From NCBI GenBank assembly GCA_963807945.1, contig CAWEDT010000006.1:1-64000 (forward strand): a stretch of 64,000 bases of DNA. The letters run 5' to 3'. This document shows positions 8,755-19,925 of the stretch, in pieces. The notes under the pieces are model-generated. The model was given only the letters and a program-made list of their open reading frames with translations, made no database searches and was not told the origin of the DNA. The DNA is from an uncultured Actinomycetes bacterium (GTDB taxonomy: Bacteria; Actinomycetota; Acidimicrobiia; IMCC26256; PALSA-610). Numbering within the stretch: the stretch's first letter is position 1; every line of letters starts with the position of its first letter. Both the position numbers and the translations under genes were made by a program.

Positions 8755-9516
8755 GCGCGGAGGGAGAGCGGGAACTGGGCCGTCGCCCCGCCGTCGACCA
8801 CGATCGTTTGGCCGGTGATGTACGACGAGAGGTCCGAGGCGAGGAACGCAACGGCATTGGCGATGTCGGCGGGTGCGGCGAGCCGCCCGAGCGGGATCGC
8901 CGCGGCTGACTCCACCTTGCGTTCCGCGCTCATCAAGGCGTCGACGCGCGGTGTGAGCACCGCGCCCGGCGCCACCGCGTTCACCCGCACCTGATCGCCC
9001 GCGAGCTCGACGGCCAGCGTTCGCACGAGTGACATGAGCCCTGCTTTCGCCGCCCGTAGGGCCCGTGCAACGGCGCCGACGTGATCCCGCTCACCGACGC
9101 AATCGCGACGATCGCTCCGGAGCCGCGATCCGCCATGTGCTTCCCGGCGACCCGGGCGAGATTGAAGAAGTGCCGCAGCACCAGATCGAACGACTCGTCC
9201 CAGGCGGTGTCGTCGAGATCGACGGTGCGGCCCCAACGCGCCTCCGACCACGTCGACGGCGATGTCGATCGGGCCGCGCTGCTCGATTGCCTTCTCGACC
9301 GTGAAGCGCACGTCGTCGAGCCGGCGCGCGTCACCGGACAGCGCGAGTCCAGTCGCTCCGGCCCGCGTCGCGGCTGCGAGTCGCGGTGGCCTCGTCGACG
9401 TCGAAACAGGTCACGTCGACTCCGGCTGCGACGAGCGCGCGTACGCACGCGCTGCCGATCCCTCCGCCCACTCCCGCTACGAATGCGTGCTTCCCGTCGA
9501 GCCCGAGCTCGAGCAC
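8751..9516 (-). CDS. SDR-family short-chain dehydrogenase/reductase; 2 frameshifts
   Basis: MLELGLDGKHAFVAGVGGGIGSACVRALVAAGVDV (Rossmann GxxxGxG) ... AIVAIASVSGITSAPLHGPYG ... VRVNAVAPGAVLTPRV ... YITGQTIVVDGGA. Confidence 0.75.
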
Positions 9517-9519
9517 CGG

Positions 9520-9630
9520 TTACAGGCCCGGGCGCTTCTCGTTCTTCTTCGCCTGCTTGTCGGCGCGCTTTTCCTTGAGCGACTTACCGGGTTTCTTGTT
9601 GCTCGCCTTTTTCGGGGACTTGTCGGCCAC
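9520..9630 (-). CDS. Hypothetical 36-aa highly basic Lys-rich protein
   Basis: GTG start 6 nt after GAGGAG. VADKSPKKASNKKPGKSLKEKRADKQAKKNEKRPGL then stop. Confidence 0.35.
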   Translation of the reverse strand: MADKSPKKASNKKPGKSLKEKRADKQAKKNEKRPGL

Positions 9631-9798
9631 GGGGAGCTCCTCGGTTTCAGGTGACTTCAGCGAAGGCACTACAACGACTGGACGTGTCGAACGGTGTACC
9701 ACTTGGCCGGTCACCGAGCCGCGCGCCGACGACGGTCCGCACGTTGGCAGGTCAGGATCGAGTTGGCAAGCACCACGCGAGCTCGCGCCTCGGAAGTG

Positions 9799-10716
9799 TC
9801 AGACGCGACAGGCGTCGACTTGCTTGGCCGTCGGCCAATGCACGTTCGTTGCCCAACCCGCGCGTTCGAACACGCGGATCATGGCGGCCGACGGATCGAT
9901 CTGGTGCGGAAGGGCGCCGTGGCGAGCCGAACGCGGGTGCGCGTGATGGAAGTTGTGCCACGCCTCGCCGAACGAAAGGACACCGAGCGGCGCGAAGTTC
10001 GTGCTGTGGTCGCGCTCGGTCGCGGGCTGCTTGCCGAACATGTGACAGATGGAGTTCACACTCCACGTCACGTGATGCAACAACATCATTCGTGCGGCGC
10101 CCGCCCAGAGCAGAGCGGTGAGCGCACCGCCGATCGTTCCCGACCATGCCCATCCGAGAAAGAAGGGCGCCGCGAGCGAGAAGACTGCGAACAAGGGGAA
10201 CAGGCGGCTGATGATCGCGACGTCGGCGTCGTTCATGAGATCGGGCGCGTAGCGCTCGGCCGAGGTGGCGTTGGTCTTGAACAGCCAACCGATGTGCGCG
10301 TGGAAGAAGCCGCGCACGGGAGCCGCGAAGCCCTCACGCTCGTCGTGCGGGGAGTGCGGATCGCCGGCGCGGTCACTGAACGCGTGGTGCTTGCGATGGT
10401 TCGCGACCCAACCGATCAGCGAGCCTTCCATCGCGAGTGATCCCGCGCTGGCGAGCGCGATCTTCAAGGTGCGCGTCGGAGTGAACCCCCGGTGCGTGAA
10501 GAGACGGTGGTATCCGACGGTGACGCCGAAGCCACTGACCAGATAGAAGATGACGAAGAGCACGATGTCGTGCAGGTGCACGACGCTGCCCCAGAGAAGA
10601 GGTATCGCGAACCCGAGGGCAACCGCGGGTCCGATCACGAGGAGCCCAGTAATCGCTCGGGAGGCGAAGGTTCCGGCCCGGGAGGGCGGGGGTGTGGGAG
10701 CCGCATCGGTGGTGAC
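9799..10716 (-). CDS. Membrane acyl-CoA (delta-9 type, stearoyl-CoA desaturase family) fatty-acid desaturase; 5' end uncertain
   Basis: Two N-terminal TM helices, then three His boxes: HRLFTH, HRKHH and HNFHH (FGEAWHNFHHAHP). Confidence 0.8.
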   Translation of the reverse strand, partial: VTTDAAPTPPPSRAGTFASRAITGLLVIGPAVALGFAIPLLWGSVVHLHDIVLFVIFYLVSGFGVTVGYHRLFTHRGFTPTRTLKIALASAGSLAMEGSLIGWVANHRKHHAFSDRAGDPHSPHDEREGFAAPVRGFFHAHIGWLFKTNATSAERYAPDLMNDADVAIISRLFPLFAVFSLAAPFFLGWAWSGTIGGALTALLWAGAARMMLLHHVTWSVNSICHMFGKQPATERDHSTNFAPLGVLSFGEAWHNFHHAHPRSARHGALPHQIDPSAAMIRVFERAGWATNVHWPTAKQVDACRV

Positions 10717-10924
10717 GCGCGGGCTTCTACCGGTGGTGTCAGTGTTGAAGTCAAGACAGCCTCGATTGGTGAGAGTGCAGGCCGGATGGGGTCCGTGCTC
10801 CAACCGAGGTCCGGGGTTGGGTGCTCGTTCTAAACGGCGAAGCCAGCATATAACCGGCTTTGGGATTCCCGAACGCGGGTTCCGACTGCATCCCGTTTTA
10901 TCGGCAGCCTCCGGACGCGAAAGA

Positions 10925-10950
10925 GCCGCCGGCACGAGTGCGCCGGCGGC
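10925..10950 (-). terminator. Hairpin downstream of cspA
   Basis: gccgccggc-acgagtgc-gccggcggc inverted repeat. Confidence 0.4.
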
Positions 10951-10990
10951 TCGAACTTCGCTGTGCGCCCTTACTCAGGACACGCGGGAT

Positions 10991-11191
10991 TCAGACGACG
11001 CGGACGTTCTGCGCCTCGTCACCCTTTTTGCCGGGGGCAATGTCGAACTCGACGTGCTGGCCCTCGTTGAGCGACTTGTAGCCCTCACCGGCGATGTTCG
11101 AGTAGTGGACGAAGATGTCGTCGCCCGACTCGCGCGAGATGAAGCCGTAGCCCTTGTCCGCATTGAAGAACTTGACCGTGCCTGATGCCAC
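10991..11191 (-). CDS. cspA: Cold-shock protein (CspA family)
   Basis: [66 protein letters not shown] shows the RNP1 and RNP2 motifs. A long 5' UTR (11192-11320) is typical of csp genes. Confidence 0.9.
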   Translation of the reverse strand: MASGTVKFFNADKGYGFISRESGDDIFVHYSNIAGEGYKSLNEGQHVEFDIAPGKKGDEAQNVRVV

Positions 11192-11401
11192 TGAAAACTC
11201 GTTTCTGATCGCGACCGACCAACCAGTTCGGTCGATTCGCCGCCGAAACTGTAGCCGAGGGTCACTCGCACGGCTTTGGGTGCACACGTCAGGTTGATCC
11301 TGACGCACGCGACGCGGAAATCATGCGTGTCGGGTTCGGGTAGGATTGTGAGGTTCGGATACCTCGCCACTCAGCGCGCGGTCGTGGGCTGAGGAGTAGC
11401 G

Positions 11402-11659
11402 ATGGCAGACGTCGACGACAAAGCAAGTCTTGGGAAGCGCGTTTCGCGGCTTGCGACCGAACGCACGGAGCTGTTCACGCACGCGGGCGCGACCGCCGGA
11501 CGATCGGCCGCCGCGCAGACTCGGCTCGCGGCCATCGAGCGCGAGCTCGACGAGTGCTACACCGCGCTCCGCACGCAACGGGCCGCCCGGGACGCTCGCC
11601 GATTCACCAGCGAAGAGCTTCGCTACCGACGTCCGATCGAGCCTCGCCCCCGAGCCTGA
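11402..11659 (+). CDS. Small conserved hypothetical protein (DUF2630-like?)
   Basis: MADVDDKASLGKRVSRLATERTELFTH...RLAAIERELDECYTALRTQRAARDAR. Good codon bias. The family assignment is tentative. Confidence 0.45.
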   Translation: MADVDDKASLGKRVSRLATERTELFTHAGATAGRSAAAQTRLAAIERELDECYTALRTQRAARDARRFTSEELRYRRPIEPRPRA

Positions 11660-11680
11660 GAAGCAGATAGTTTCGGGTCG

Positions 11681-12511
11681 ATGGCAGCCGTGTCTGCAAA
11701 CAAGCCGACCCCGGCGCGTGTTCGGCTCGACGTCGATGGCGCGGTCGCGACGATCACGAACGACAACCCCGACAAGCACAATGCGTTCGACGACGAGATG
11801 GACGCGGAGCTGTTCGCGATCCTCGAGGAGCTCTCGGCGCGCACGGATATCCGGGCGATCGTGTGGCGCGGTGAAGGCAAGTCGTTCTCCTCGGGCCGCG
11901 ACGCGGGATCGATCGGGACCCAGAAGACCGAGCTGACGCACCACGAGCTGATGCGGCGCGGCCACCGCGGCATTCAACGCCTCTGGGACATCGACGCGCC
12001 CGTTGTCGTCGCGTGCAAGGGCTGGGTCATGGGCGGATCGTTCCAGCGCGCGCTGCTCTGCGACATCCGCATCGCCGCGGAGGGAACGCGCTTCCGGTTG
12101 CCCGAACTCAGCTACGGAGTGATCCCCGATACCGGCGGCGTCGGTGTGCTCTACGAGATGTGCGGCCCGGGCTTGGTGAGCGACCTGGTGCTGACCGGTC
12201 GGATCATGCCGGTGGAGGAAGCGTTCGCGCACGGGATCGTCAGCCGGATCGTTCCCGCCGACGAGCTCGACGCGATCGCGCGTGAGATGGCCGACCAGAT
12301 CGCGGCCGCGCCCGCCGTCTCGGTGAAGATGGCGCGCGAGGTGATTCGTCATCTCGCGCAGCCGCAAGTGCGCTCGTCGATGACCGACGAGATGATCTAC
12401 CAGACGTTCATCAACCGCAGCGACGACATGGCCGAGCTGCGCGCGCGGCGCGAGCCGAAGAGCGCCCGCCGCGCTACACCGGAAGTTGAGACCGGGAGAG
12501 GTGGGCAGCGA
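11681..12511 (+). CDS. Enoyl-CoA hydratase/isomerase (crotonase) family protein; no stop before the next gene in the given sequence
   Basis: ...DNPDKHNAFDDEMDAELFAILEEL...VVACKGWVMGGSFQRALLCDIRIAAEGTRFRLPELSYGVIPDTGGV gives the crotonase oxyanion-hole motifs. Confidence 0.8.
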
Positions 12512-13394
12512 GTGAGTGAGCTCATCGGATTGCCGAAGCCGCCGGCGGTCGGCGCGTCGGCGTTGCCGGCGGGCACGTTCGACGGCACCACCGTGTTCGT
12601 GACCGGCGCCGGTACCGGCCTGGGCAAGGGGATCGCGACCGAGTTCGCGCGGCTCGGTGCCGCGATCGTGATCGCGAGCCGCAAGGCCGAACATCTCGAC
12701 GCGGGCCGCGCCGCGATCGAAGCCGTGGGTGCGCGCGTGTGCACGGTCACTTGCGACATCCGCGACGCCGACCAGATCGCGGCGGCGTTCGACACCGCGG
12801 AGCGCGAATTCGGGCCTTCCGGGTGTGCTCGTCAACAACGTGGCCGCGAACTTCCCGGTCCCGGCCGAAGACATGTCGCCGAACGCGTGGCGCACCGTCG
12901 TCGACATCACGCTCAACGGCACGTTCCTCTGCTCGCGCGAGTTCGGGCGCCGTCACATCGCGGCAGGAATCCCCGGCTCGATCATCAACATCGGCGCGTC
13001 GTACGCGTGGACGGGCGGACCCGGGTTCGTGCACTCCGCTGCGGCCAAGGCCGGCGTGAAGAACCTGACCGAGTCGTTGGCCGTCGAGTGGGCGCCCTAC
13101 GGCATCGCGGTGAACGGGCTCGTGCCCGGCCTCTTCCCGCACGAAGACATGACCGACGACATCCGCGGGAACCTCGACCGCACCGACGACAAAGACGGCT
13201 GCCAGCCCGCGCTACGCGTCGGCCAGCGCCAGGAGCTCGGCTGGGCGGCGACCTTTCTCGCGTCGCCGTACGCCCGCTTCATCTCGGGGAACACCCTGGT
13301 GGTCGACGGGGCGAACTGGCAACGGCGGTCGATGACCAACCCGCAGGTCGTCACCATTCGCGAGCAAATGGGCCGGGGCGATTTCGAGGCCTAG
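12512..13394 (+). CDS. SDR, 2,4-dienoyl-CoA reductase-like; 1 frameshift about 12820; in-frame with the upstream crotonase as given
   Basis: GTG 12512 after GGAGAGGTGGG. TTVFVTGAGTGLGKGIATEFARLGAAIVIASR ... NIGASYAWTGGPGFVHSAAAKAGVKNLTESLAVEWAPYGIAVNGLVPG ... GNTLVVDGANW. Confidence 0.75.
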
Positions 13395-13435
13395 GCTGGA
13401 ACGCGTTCTAGTTCGCGTTCCATAAGGAGTCAGGT

Positions 13436-14885
13436 ATGCAGACCTACAAGGAGCTCTACATCGGCGGCGAGTGGGTCGCACCCGACAGTTCCGAAGTCAT
13501 CGAGGTGATCTCGCCCGCGACCGAGGAAGTCATCGGTCAGGTTCCTCACGCCTCGACCGCTGATGCGGATCGTGCCGTCGCCGCCGCGCGTAAAGCGTTC
13601 GACGACGGACCGTGGCCCCACATGCCGCCCGTCGAGCGTGCTGCCGCCATCGGTCGCCTCTCGGCATCGCTCCAGGCTCGGGCCCAGGATCTCGCCGACA
13701 CCATCTCGTCGGAGAACGGGTCGCCGAAGCAGTGGTCGATCATGGGCCAGGTCTTCTCATCGACCATGGTGCTCGACTCCTACGTGAACCTCGCCACCGA
13801 GTACCAGTGGGTCGAGACGCGCACCGGCATGATGGGCGGTCCGGTACGGGTCCGCCGCGCGCCGGTCGGCGTCGTCGCCGCGATCACGCCGTGGAACGTT
13901 CCGCTGTTCATCGCGGCGCTGAAGCTCGGCCCCGGTCTTCTCGCGGGCTGCACGTTCGTGTTGAAGCCGTCGCCCGAGACGCCGCTCGACAGCTACCTCC
14001 TGGCCGAGGCGATCATCGAAGCCGGCTTTCCCGAGGGCGTCATCAACATCATCCCCGCGGGTCGCGAGACCGGCGAGCACCTCGTGAAGCACCCGCAGAT
14101 CGACAAGGTCGAGCTTCACCGGGTCGACCGCGGCAGGTATGCGCATCGGTGAGCTGTGCGGTGGGCAGTTGAAGCGGTGCACGTTGGAGCTCGGCGGCAA
14201 GTCGGCCGCGATCGTGCTCGACGACGCCAACCTCGACGACACCACGCTGGATGCGCTCGTGCAGAGCGGCGTGATGAACAACGGTCAGGTGTGCGGTGCC
14301 CAGAGCCGCATCCTCGTGTCGCGCAAGCGCTACTCCGAAGTGGTCGACATGCTCGGCAGCGCGCTCGGCGCGTTGAAGGTCGGTGACCCGCTCGACGACT
14401 CCACCCAGATCGGCCCGCTCGTCGCAGAGCGTCAGCGCACTCGCGTGCAGGGATACATCGAGGCCGGGAAGGCCGCCGGAGCACGGGTCGTCACCGGTGG
14501 TGGACGCCCGGCTGATCTCGACCGCGGTTGGTACGTCGAGCCGACGGTCTTCGCCGACGTCGACAACTCGATGAGCATCGCGCAGGAGGAGATCTTCGGC
14601 CCGGTGCTGTCGGTCATCCCTTACGACGACGTCGACAACGCGGTCAAGATCGCCAACGACTCCGACTACGGACTCTGCGGTTCGGTGTGGACGTCGGATC
14701 CGGCGGCCGCCGAGCAGATCGCGGCACGCATGCGTACCGGTGTGGTCGCGATCAACTCGTCGATGATCCTCGACTTCAACAGCCCGTTCGGCGGGTTCAA
14801 GAAGTCGGGTATCGGTCGGGAGCTCGGCCCCGAAGGCATCGGGCCCTACACCGAGTACCAGACCATCGTTCTTCCCGCCGGCTGA
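13436..14885 (+). CDS. Aldehyde dehydrogenase (NAD(P)+); 1 frameshift about 14120
   Basis: ...AAITPWNVPLFIAALKLGPGLLAGCTFVLKPSPETP ... ELGGKSAAIVLDDANLD ... NNGQVCGAQSRILV ... EEIFGPVL. The catalytic Cys and Glu motifs are present. Confidence 0.85.
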
Positions 14886-15088
14886 CGCCGGTCAGGGCGC
14901 ACACTTTCGCGGTTTGTCGGAACCGTCGTCGTCGATAGGCGGCGGCGGTTCTGGCGGCGCGCGCTGATTTCTTATCCGCTAGGTCAGATTCGACATATTC
15001 CGTCGCATGGGGCAGGTTTGGCCCGGTACCCCCAGGTTGCACTTCGCGAACAACTTGAAACGGCGCGAGGCGCGGGAAGCGGGAGAAC

Positions 15089-17126
15089 ATGATCGTCGTA
15101 CTGGCACTTGTCGGAATCATCGTGGTTCTGGTTGCTGTCTGTTTGTTGAAATCGATCAAGACGATCGGCCCGACCGAGGTCGGGTTGGTGACCAAGCGGT
15201 TCGGGCTCGGCAAGCTCGCAGACGACAACCCGATCGCCTTCAAGGGCGAGGCGGGTTACCAGGCGAAGCTCCTGATGCCGGGTTTGCGGTTCAAGTTGTG
15301 GCCGATCTTCGGTGTGAAGAAGTTCCCGTGGGTGCAGGTACCCGCCGGTGAGATCGGTGTGGTCATCGCCCAGGTCGGCCAGCAGCTGCCGATCGGTAAC
15401 AAGAGCGGTGTCTACAAGCCCGAGTTCGGTAACTACGCGCACGTCGACACGTTCATCAATGGCGGCGGGCAAAAGGGTGTGCAGCGCACGTTGCTTTCCC
15501 CGGGAACGTTGCTGCCGATTCACCCGGTCGCCTTCATGGTGATCACCTCGCGGCAAGGTCTATGGCCTCACCGTTTCGCCGGATCTGGTGGAGCGGGTGC
15601 GCGGTTCCGGTGGCGTGTTGCGCGCCGAGACCTTCGGGCTTACGCCGGAGCAGCTGCGCGTCGTCGTGATCGCGCCAGTCGGTCCGCAAGACATGGTCGG
15701 CATCGTCACCGCGCTCGAGGGAGAGCCGTTGCCCTTGGGCGACATCGCCAGCCGGCTCGGCGGTTACGACGACATCGCGGCGATGGAGCACGTGGAAGGC
15801 ACGGTCGATTCGCAGATCATCGACGTGTTGCTCGGCAGCAAGAACACGCTGCACAACAACTACCAGGACTTCCAGAAGTTCCTCGACAGCGGGGGCAAGA
15901 TCGGTCTGCAGCACGACCCGCTCCTTTACGGCGCGTACCTGCTGAACCCGTTCCTCGTGCGCGTCGACATGGTGCCGATGCTCGTCGTGAACCAGGGCGA
16001 GGTCGCGGTCATGAAGGCCTATGTGGGCCTGCCGACGCTCGACACGTCGGGTGCCGAGTTCAAGTTCGGTTCGATCGTGCGGCCCGGCCACCGCGGTATC
16101 TGGCAGGAGCCGTTGCGCACCGGCAAGTACGCGATCAACCCGCGCGTCTACGCGGCGGAGATCGTGCCGACATCGATCCTGACGCTCAACTGGGCGACTG
16201 CAGTGTCGACTGCGCACAATCTCGATGCGAACCTGTCGCCGATCGAGGCGAAGAGCCGCGAGGGCTTCGTGTTCCGCATCGACCTGCAGGTGCAGATCCA
16301 CGTGCCCGACACCAGCGCGCCGAAAGTCATCTCGATGGTCGGCACCATGCAGAACCTCGTGAACGAGGTGCTGCAGGCCGCGGTCGGTAACCACTTCCGG
16401 AACACGTTGCAGGCCCTGGAAGCGGTGAAGTTCATCGAGACCCGCGCGCAGGTGCAACAGAGCGCGTTCGATGCGATAACCGAATATCTCGTGGCGTACG
16501 ACGTCGAGACGCGTGGTGTCTACATCCAAGACGTCGAGTTCCCGGCCGAGCTGGTGACGGTGCTGACCCAGCGCGAGATCGCCAACCAGGAGAAGGCGAC
16601 GCTCGAGGAGCAGCAGCGCGCGGAGATGGCACGCGTCGAGATGGAGAAGGCCAAGGGAACTGCCGACATGCAGGCGCAACTCGCGGCATCCGCGGTCGGC
16701 ATCGGCATCCGCGACAACGAGGCGCAAGCGCGCGAAGCGCAGGCGCGTGGTGAAGCGGCGTACGTGGAGCTGACCGGCCGGGCCGAGGCCACGAAGATCG
16801 AGGCCATCGGTCTCGCGGAGGGCAAGGCCACCGAGGCGTTGGGTTTGGCGCGCGCGGCGGGTTACGAGGCGCAGACCGAAGCGCTCGGTCAGACCGCGAC
16901 CGCGTTGGTCGCAGTCGCGAACGCAGTGTCGGAAGGCCACATCACCGTGGTGCCCGAAGTGCTCGTGACGGGAGGCGGGGGCGGCGCACTCGACGGCCTC
17001 GCCGCCACCCTGATGCGCACGTTGGGGACCGGCGGCAACGGCGGCGGTCAGAAGGCCATCGACAAGCTGGTCGTCGCCGGCGAAGAGGCGACCGAGCCCA
17101 CGGAGCCGGCCGAACCCAAGTCATAA
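15089..17126 (+). CDS. Flotillin-like SPFH/band-7 membrane protein (YqiK-like); 1 frameshift about 15550
   Basis: N-terminal TM MIVVLALVGIIVVLVAV, SPFH core, and a long coiled-coil EA-rich C-terminus (...QREIANQEKATLEEQQRAEMARVEMEKAK...). Confidence 0.75.
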
Positions 17127-17128
17127 AC

Positions 17129-18046
17129 CTATGGACGAACGCTGATGATCGTCTTCCCTTGACGTCGCTCGGTCGGGTTGAGGGCCGTAACGGCATCATC
17201 GAGGGAAGAAACGTTGCCGATGTTCGTCCGGAGCCGTCCGTCACGCACTCGCCGGACGATCTCGATCAGTTGGGCGCGATCGGACTCGACGACGAAGTCG
17301 ATCGCCAGGCCGTCCGCGGGCCGCGCCTCGGGCGGCCCGACGATTGTCACCAGCGTTCCTCCGGCTCGAACCAGAGCAGCCGACCGCTTCTGAACGTCGC
17401 CGCCGATGACATCGAAAACCAGATCGACTCCGCCGAGGTCTTCGAGCGCGTCGTTGTCGAGGTCGACGAACTCCTGCGCGCCGAAATCAAGCGCCGGCTG
17501 ACGGTCGGCGGCACGTCCGGTGCCGATGACGTACGCACCGAACTCACATGCGAGCTGGGTCACCATCGAACCGACTGCGCCGGCCGCGCCGTGTGCGAGG
17601 ACGCGCTGCCCCGCCCGAAGGCGGCCGTGCTCGAACAGTCCCTGCCACGCGGTCAGGCCCGAGATGGGCAGGCTCGCACCCACCGTGAAGTCGACGTCGC
17701 CCGGCAGCGGCGCGAGGTTGCGCGCCTCGACGGCCACATGCTCCGCCAGGGTGCCGTCGCGATACCAGTCGGTGAGGCCGAACACCCGCTGTCCCACCGA
17801 CAGTCCCGTCGTGCCGTAGCCGAGGGCGGTGACTACTCCGGCCAGCTCGTGGCCGGGGATCGACGGTGTTCGGTCACGGTCGAGGCGATCCGTCCAGGTC
17901 GAGGGCCACGCCAACTCGGTCGGGACGAATCCCGACGCACGAACCTGAACCGCGACGTCGTTTATCGCCGGTTCCGGCTCGGGCCGCTCCACCAGCGTCA
18001 TTCCGGCCGTACCTGCAGCCTCGTCCGTCACCACGATCGCTTTCAT
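17129..18046 (-). CDS. Zn-independent medium-chain dehydrogenase/reductase (NADPH:quinone oxidoreductase-like)
   Basis: MKAIVV... ...LAHGAAGAVGSMVTQLACEFGAYVIGT is the MDR Rossmann motif. Confidence 0.8.
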   Translation of the reverse strand: MKAIVVTDEAAGTAGMTLVERPEPEPAINDVAVQVRASGFVPTELAWPSTWTDRLDRDRTPSIPGHELAGVVTALGYGTTGLSVGQRVFGLTDWYRDGTLAEHVAVEARNLAPLPGDVDFTVGASLPISGLTAWQGLFEHGRLRAGQRVLAHGAAGAVGSMVTQLACEFGAYVIGTGRAADRQPALDFGAQEFVDLDNDALEDLGGVDLVFDVIGGDVQKRSAALVRAGGTLVTIVGPPEARPADGLAIDFVVESDRAQLIEIVRRVRDGRLRTNIGNVSSLDDAVTALNPTERRQGKTIISVRP

Positions 18047-18200
18047 GTGGACACCTCGCTCTCGCATCAGTCCTCACGACACCGCGTCTGTTGGTTCACC
18101 AATATCAGCGGCGCGTAAACCTCGCGGCTTGGTACCGACATCCCGCGCGTACAACTGCGGATCTACTCCCGCTCCGCTGACATTGCTCGAGGGAGGCTGC

Positions 18201-18608
18201 ATGGAGATCGTTCGGCAGGTGGTCGTGTTCGACGCCGCTGATCTGGCGGCGGAGAGCGCGTTCTGGGCGCGAATGCTGGGCGGTCGCGTTCTAACCGATT
18301 CCAGGTGGCACAGCGTGTTCGACGCCGACGGCCGATGGGTGATTGGCGTGCAGTTCGCCCCCGACCATGTCCCGCCGGATTGGCCCGATGGAATCGAGCA
18401 GCAGGTTCATCTCGATTTGCACATCGATGATCCGGCGCGAGCCCACGCCGAGGCCATCGCGCTCGGCGCGCGGTTGCTGAAGGCGGCCGACGATCTGAGC
18501 GCGGTCGAAGGCCATCAGGTCTATGCCGACCCGGCGGGTCACCCGTTCTGCCTTGGTTGGGGGCATCCGGACGACGAAGCGATCCGTCGGTTCCTGCGCG
18601 ACTCCTAG
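18201..18608 (+). CDS. VOC/glyoxalase-family protein
   Basis: MEIVRQVVVFDAADLAAESAFWARMLGG ... VHLDLHIDDPARAHAEAIALGARLL. Confidence 0.6.
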   Translation: MEIVRQVVVFDAADLAAESAFWARMLGGRVLTDSRWHSVFDADGRWVIGVQFAPDHVPPDWPDGIEQQVHLDLHIDDPARAHAEAIALGARLLKAADDLSAVEGHQVYADPAGHPFCLGWGHPDDEAIRRFLRDS

Positions 18609-18644
18609 CGGCGCCGCCGCGGTTCAACGTATGCGAATCAGGGG

Positions 18645-19863
18645 TTAGCGCAACACGTCTTTCCAGGGGACGCCTTTGTCGACTCTCGGTTCGCCGGGGA
18701 GGCCGAGGACGCGTTCGCCGATGATGTTCTTCATCACTTCGTCGGAGCCGCCGGCGATGTGCGCGGCGGGCGCGCCGAGGAGCGGCTGGTGCCAGCGGTA
18801 GTCGCCGTCGGCATCGGCGATCGCCGACGCGCCGACGAGGTCGATCGCGAGCTCGCCGAGCTCGGTCATCATCTGCCCGCCGAACAGCTTGCCGATCGAG
18901 CCTTCCGGTCCGGGGACCTTGCCCTGCGACGCCGCGGTCAACGTGCGCATGACTCGCGAACCTCGCGATGCGGCTCTTCGCGTACAGACCCGCCAGGCGT
19001 TGGCGCACCAGCGGGTCGTTGTTCAAGCCGCGGCTGCGGGCGAGATCGATGAGGTCGTGCACACTGCCGCGCCCGCCGCCACCCCCGCCACCCGAACCGA
19101 TGGCGACGCGCTCGTTCATCAGCGTCGTGATCGCGACCGTCCAGCCTTCGTGCACGCCGCCGAGCACGTGATCGACGGGCACGCGCACGTCGTCGAAGAA
19201 CACCTCGTTGAATCCGGATCCGCCATTCATCTGCTTGATCGGCTTGATCGTGACACCGGGCGCTCGCATGTTGACGATGAACGCGGTGATGCCCTTGTGC
19301 TTCTCCGCGTCGGGGTTCGTGCGGCACACGATCTCGCCGAAATCGGAGTACTGCGCGCCCGAGGTCCACACCTTCTGGCCGTTGAGCACCCACTCTTCAC
19401 CGTCGAGCACCGCGTTCGACGAGAGTGACGCGACGTCGGAGCCCGCGCCCGGCTCGCTGAACAGCTGGCTCCAGATCTCCTCGCCGCGGAGGAGCTTGGT
19501 CAGGTAACGCTGCTTCTGCTCGTCGGTGCCACACGCCCGCAACGTCGGTGCGATCATCCCGAGACCGATCACGAACACCTCGGTCGGCACCGGGAACTTC
19601 GCTTCTTCCTGGCCGAAGATGATCTGCTGCATCGTCGTGCCGTTGCGGCCGCCGAACTCCGGCTCCCAGGTGATTCGCGCGTATCCGGCGTCGAACTTCA
19701 TCGCCTGCCAGCGCTTGGCCCGTGCGAGATAGTCGCCGCCGCTCGGCTCGAAGGCGCCCATGTCGCGCGGGTTCTTGCTGATCACGGCGGGTGCGTTGGC
19801 CTCGAGCCAGGTGCGGCACTCTTCGCGCCAGGCGATGTCTTCCGGTGAGTCGTTGAAGTCCAT
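18645..19863 (-). CDS. Acyl-CoA dehydrogenase; 1 frameshift about 18960
   Basis: MDFNDSPEDIAWREECRTWLEANAP... ...GITAFIV ... C-terminus ...GGSDEVMKNIIGERVLGLPGEPRVDKGVPWKDVLR. Confidence 0.8.
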
Positions 19864-19925
19864 CGGGGCATGCCAGCCCGTCGGCGCCCAATGGTCAAAT
19901 CGCGGGCGGATTAGCCTCCGCCGAC

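Noticed and set aside
11321-12922. 533-aa minus-strand ORF, and similar long ORFs at 15543-16940(-), 41049-42674(-), 42545-44305(-), 45899-48109(-), 48481-50517(-), 7003-8037(+), 24989-25900(+)
   Set aside because: All are Arg/Ala/Gly-rich, low-complexity antisense or off-frame readings of well-supported genes (crotonase, flotillin, glmU, prs, mfd, mazG and others). These are typical spurious ORFs in 70%-GC DNA.
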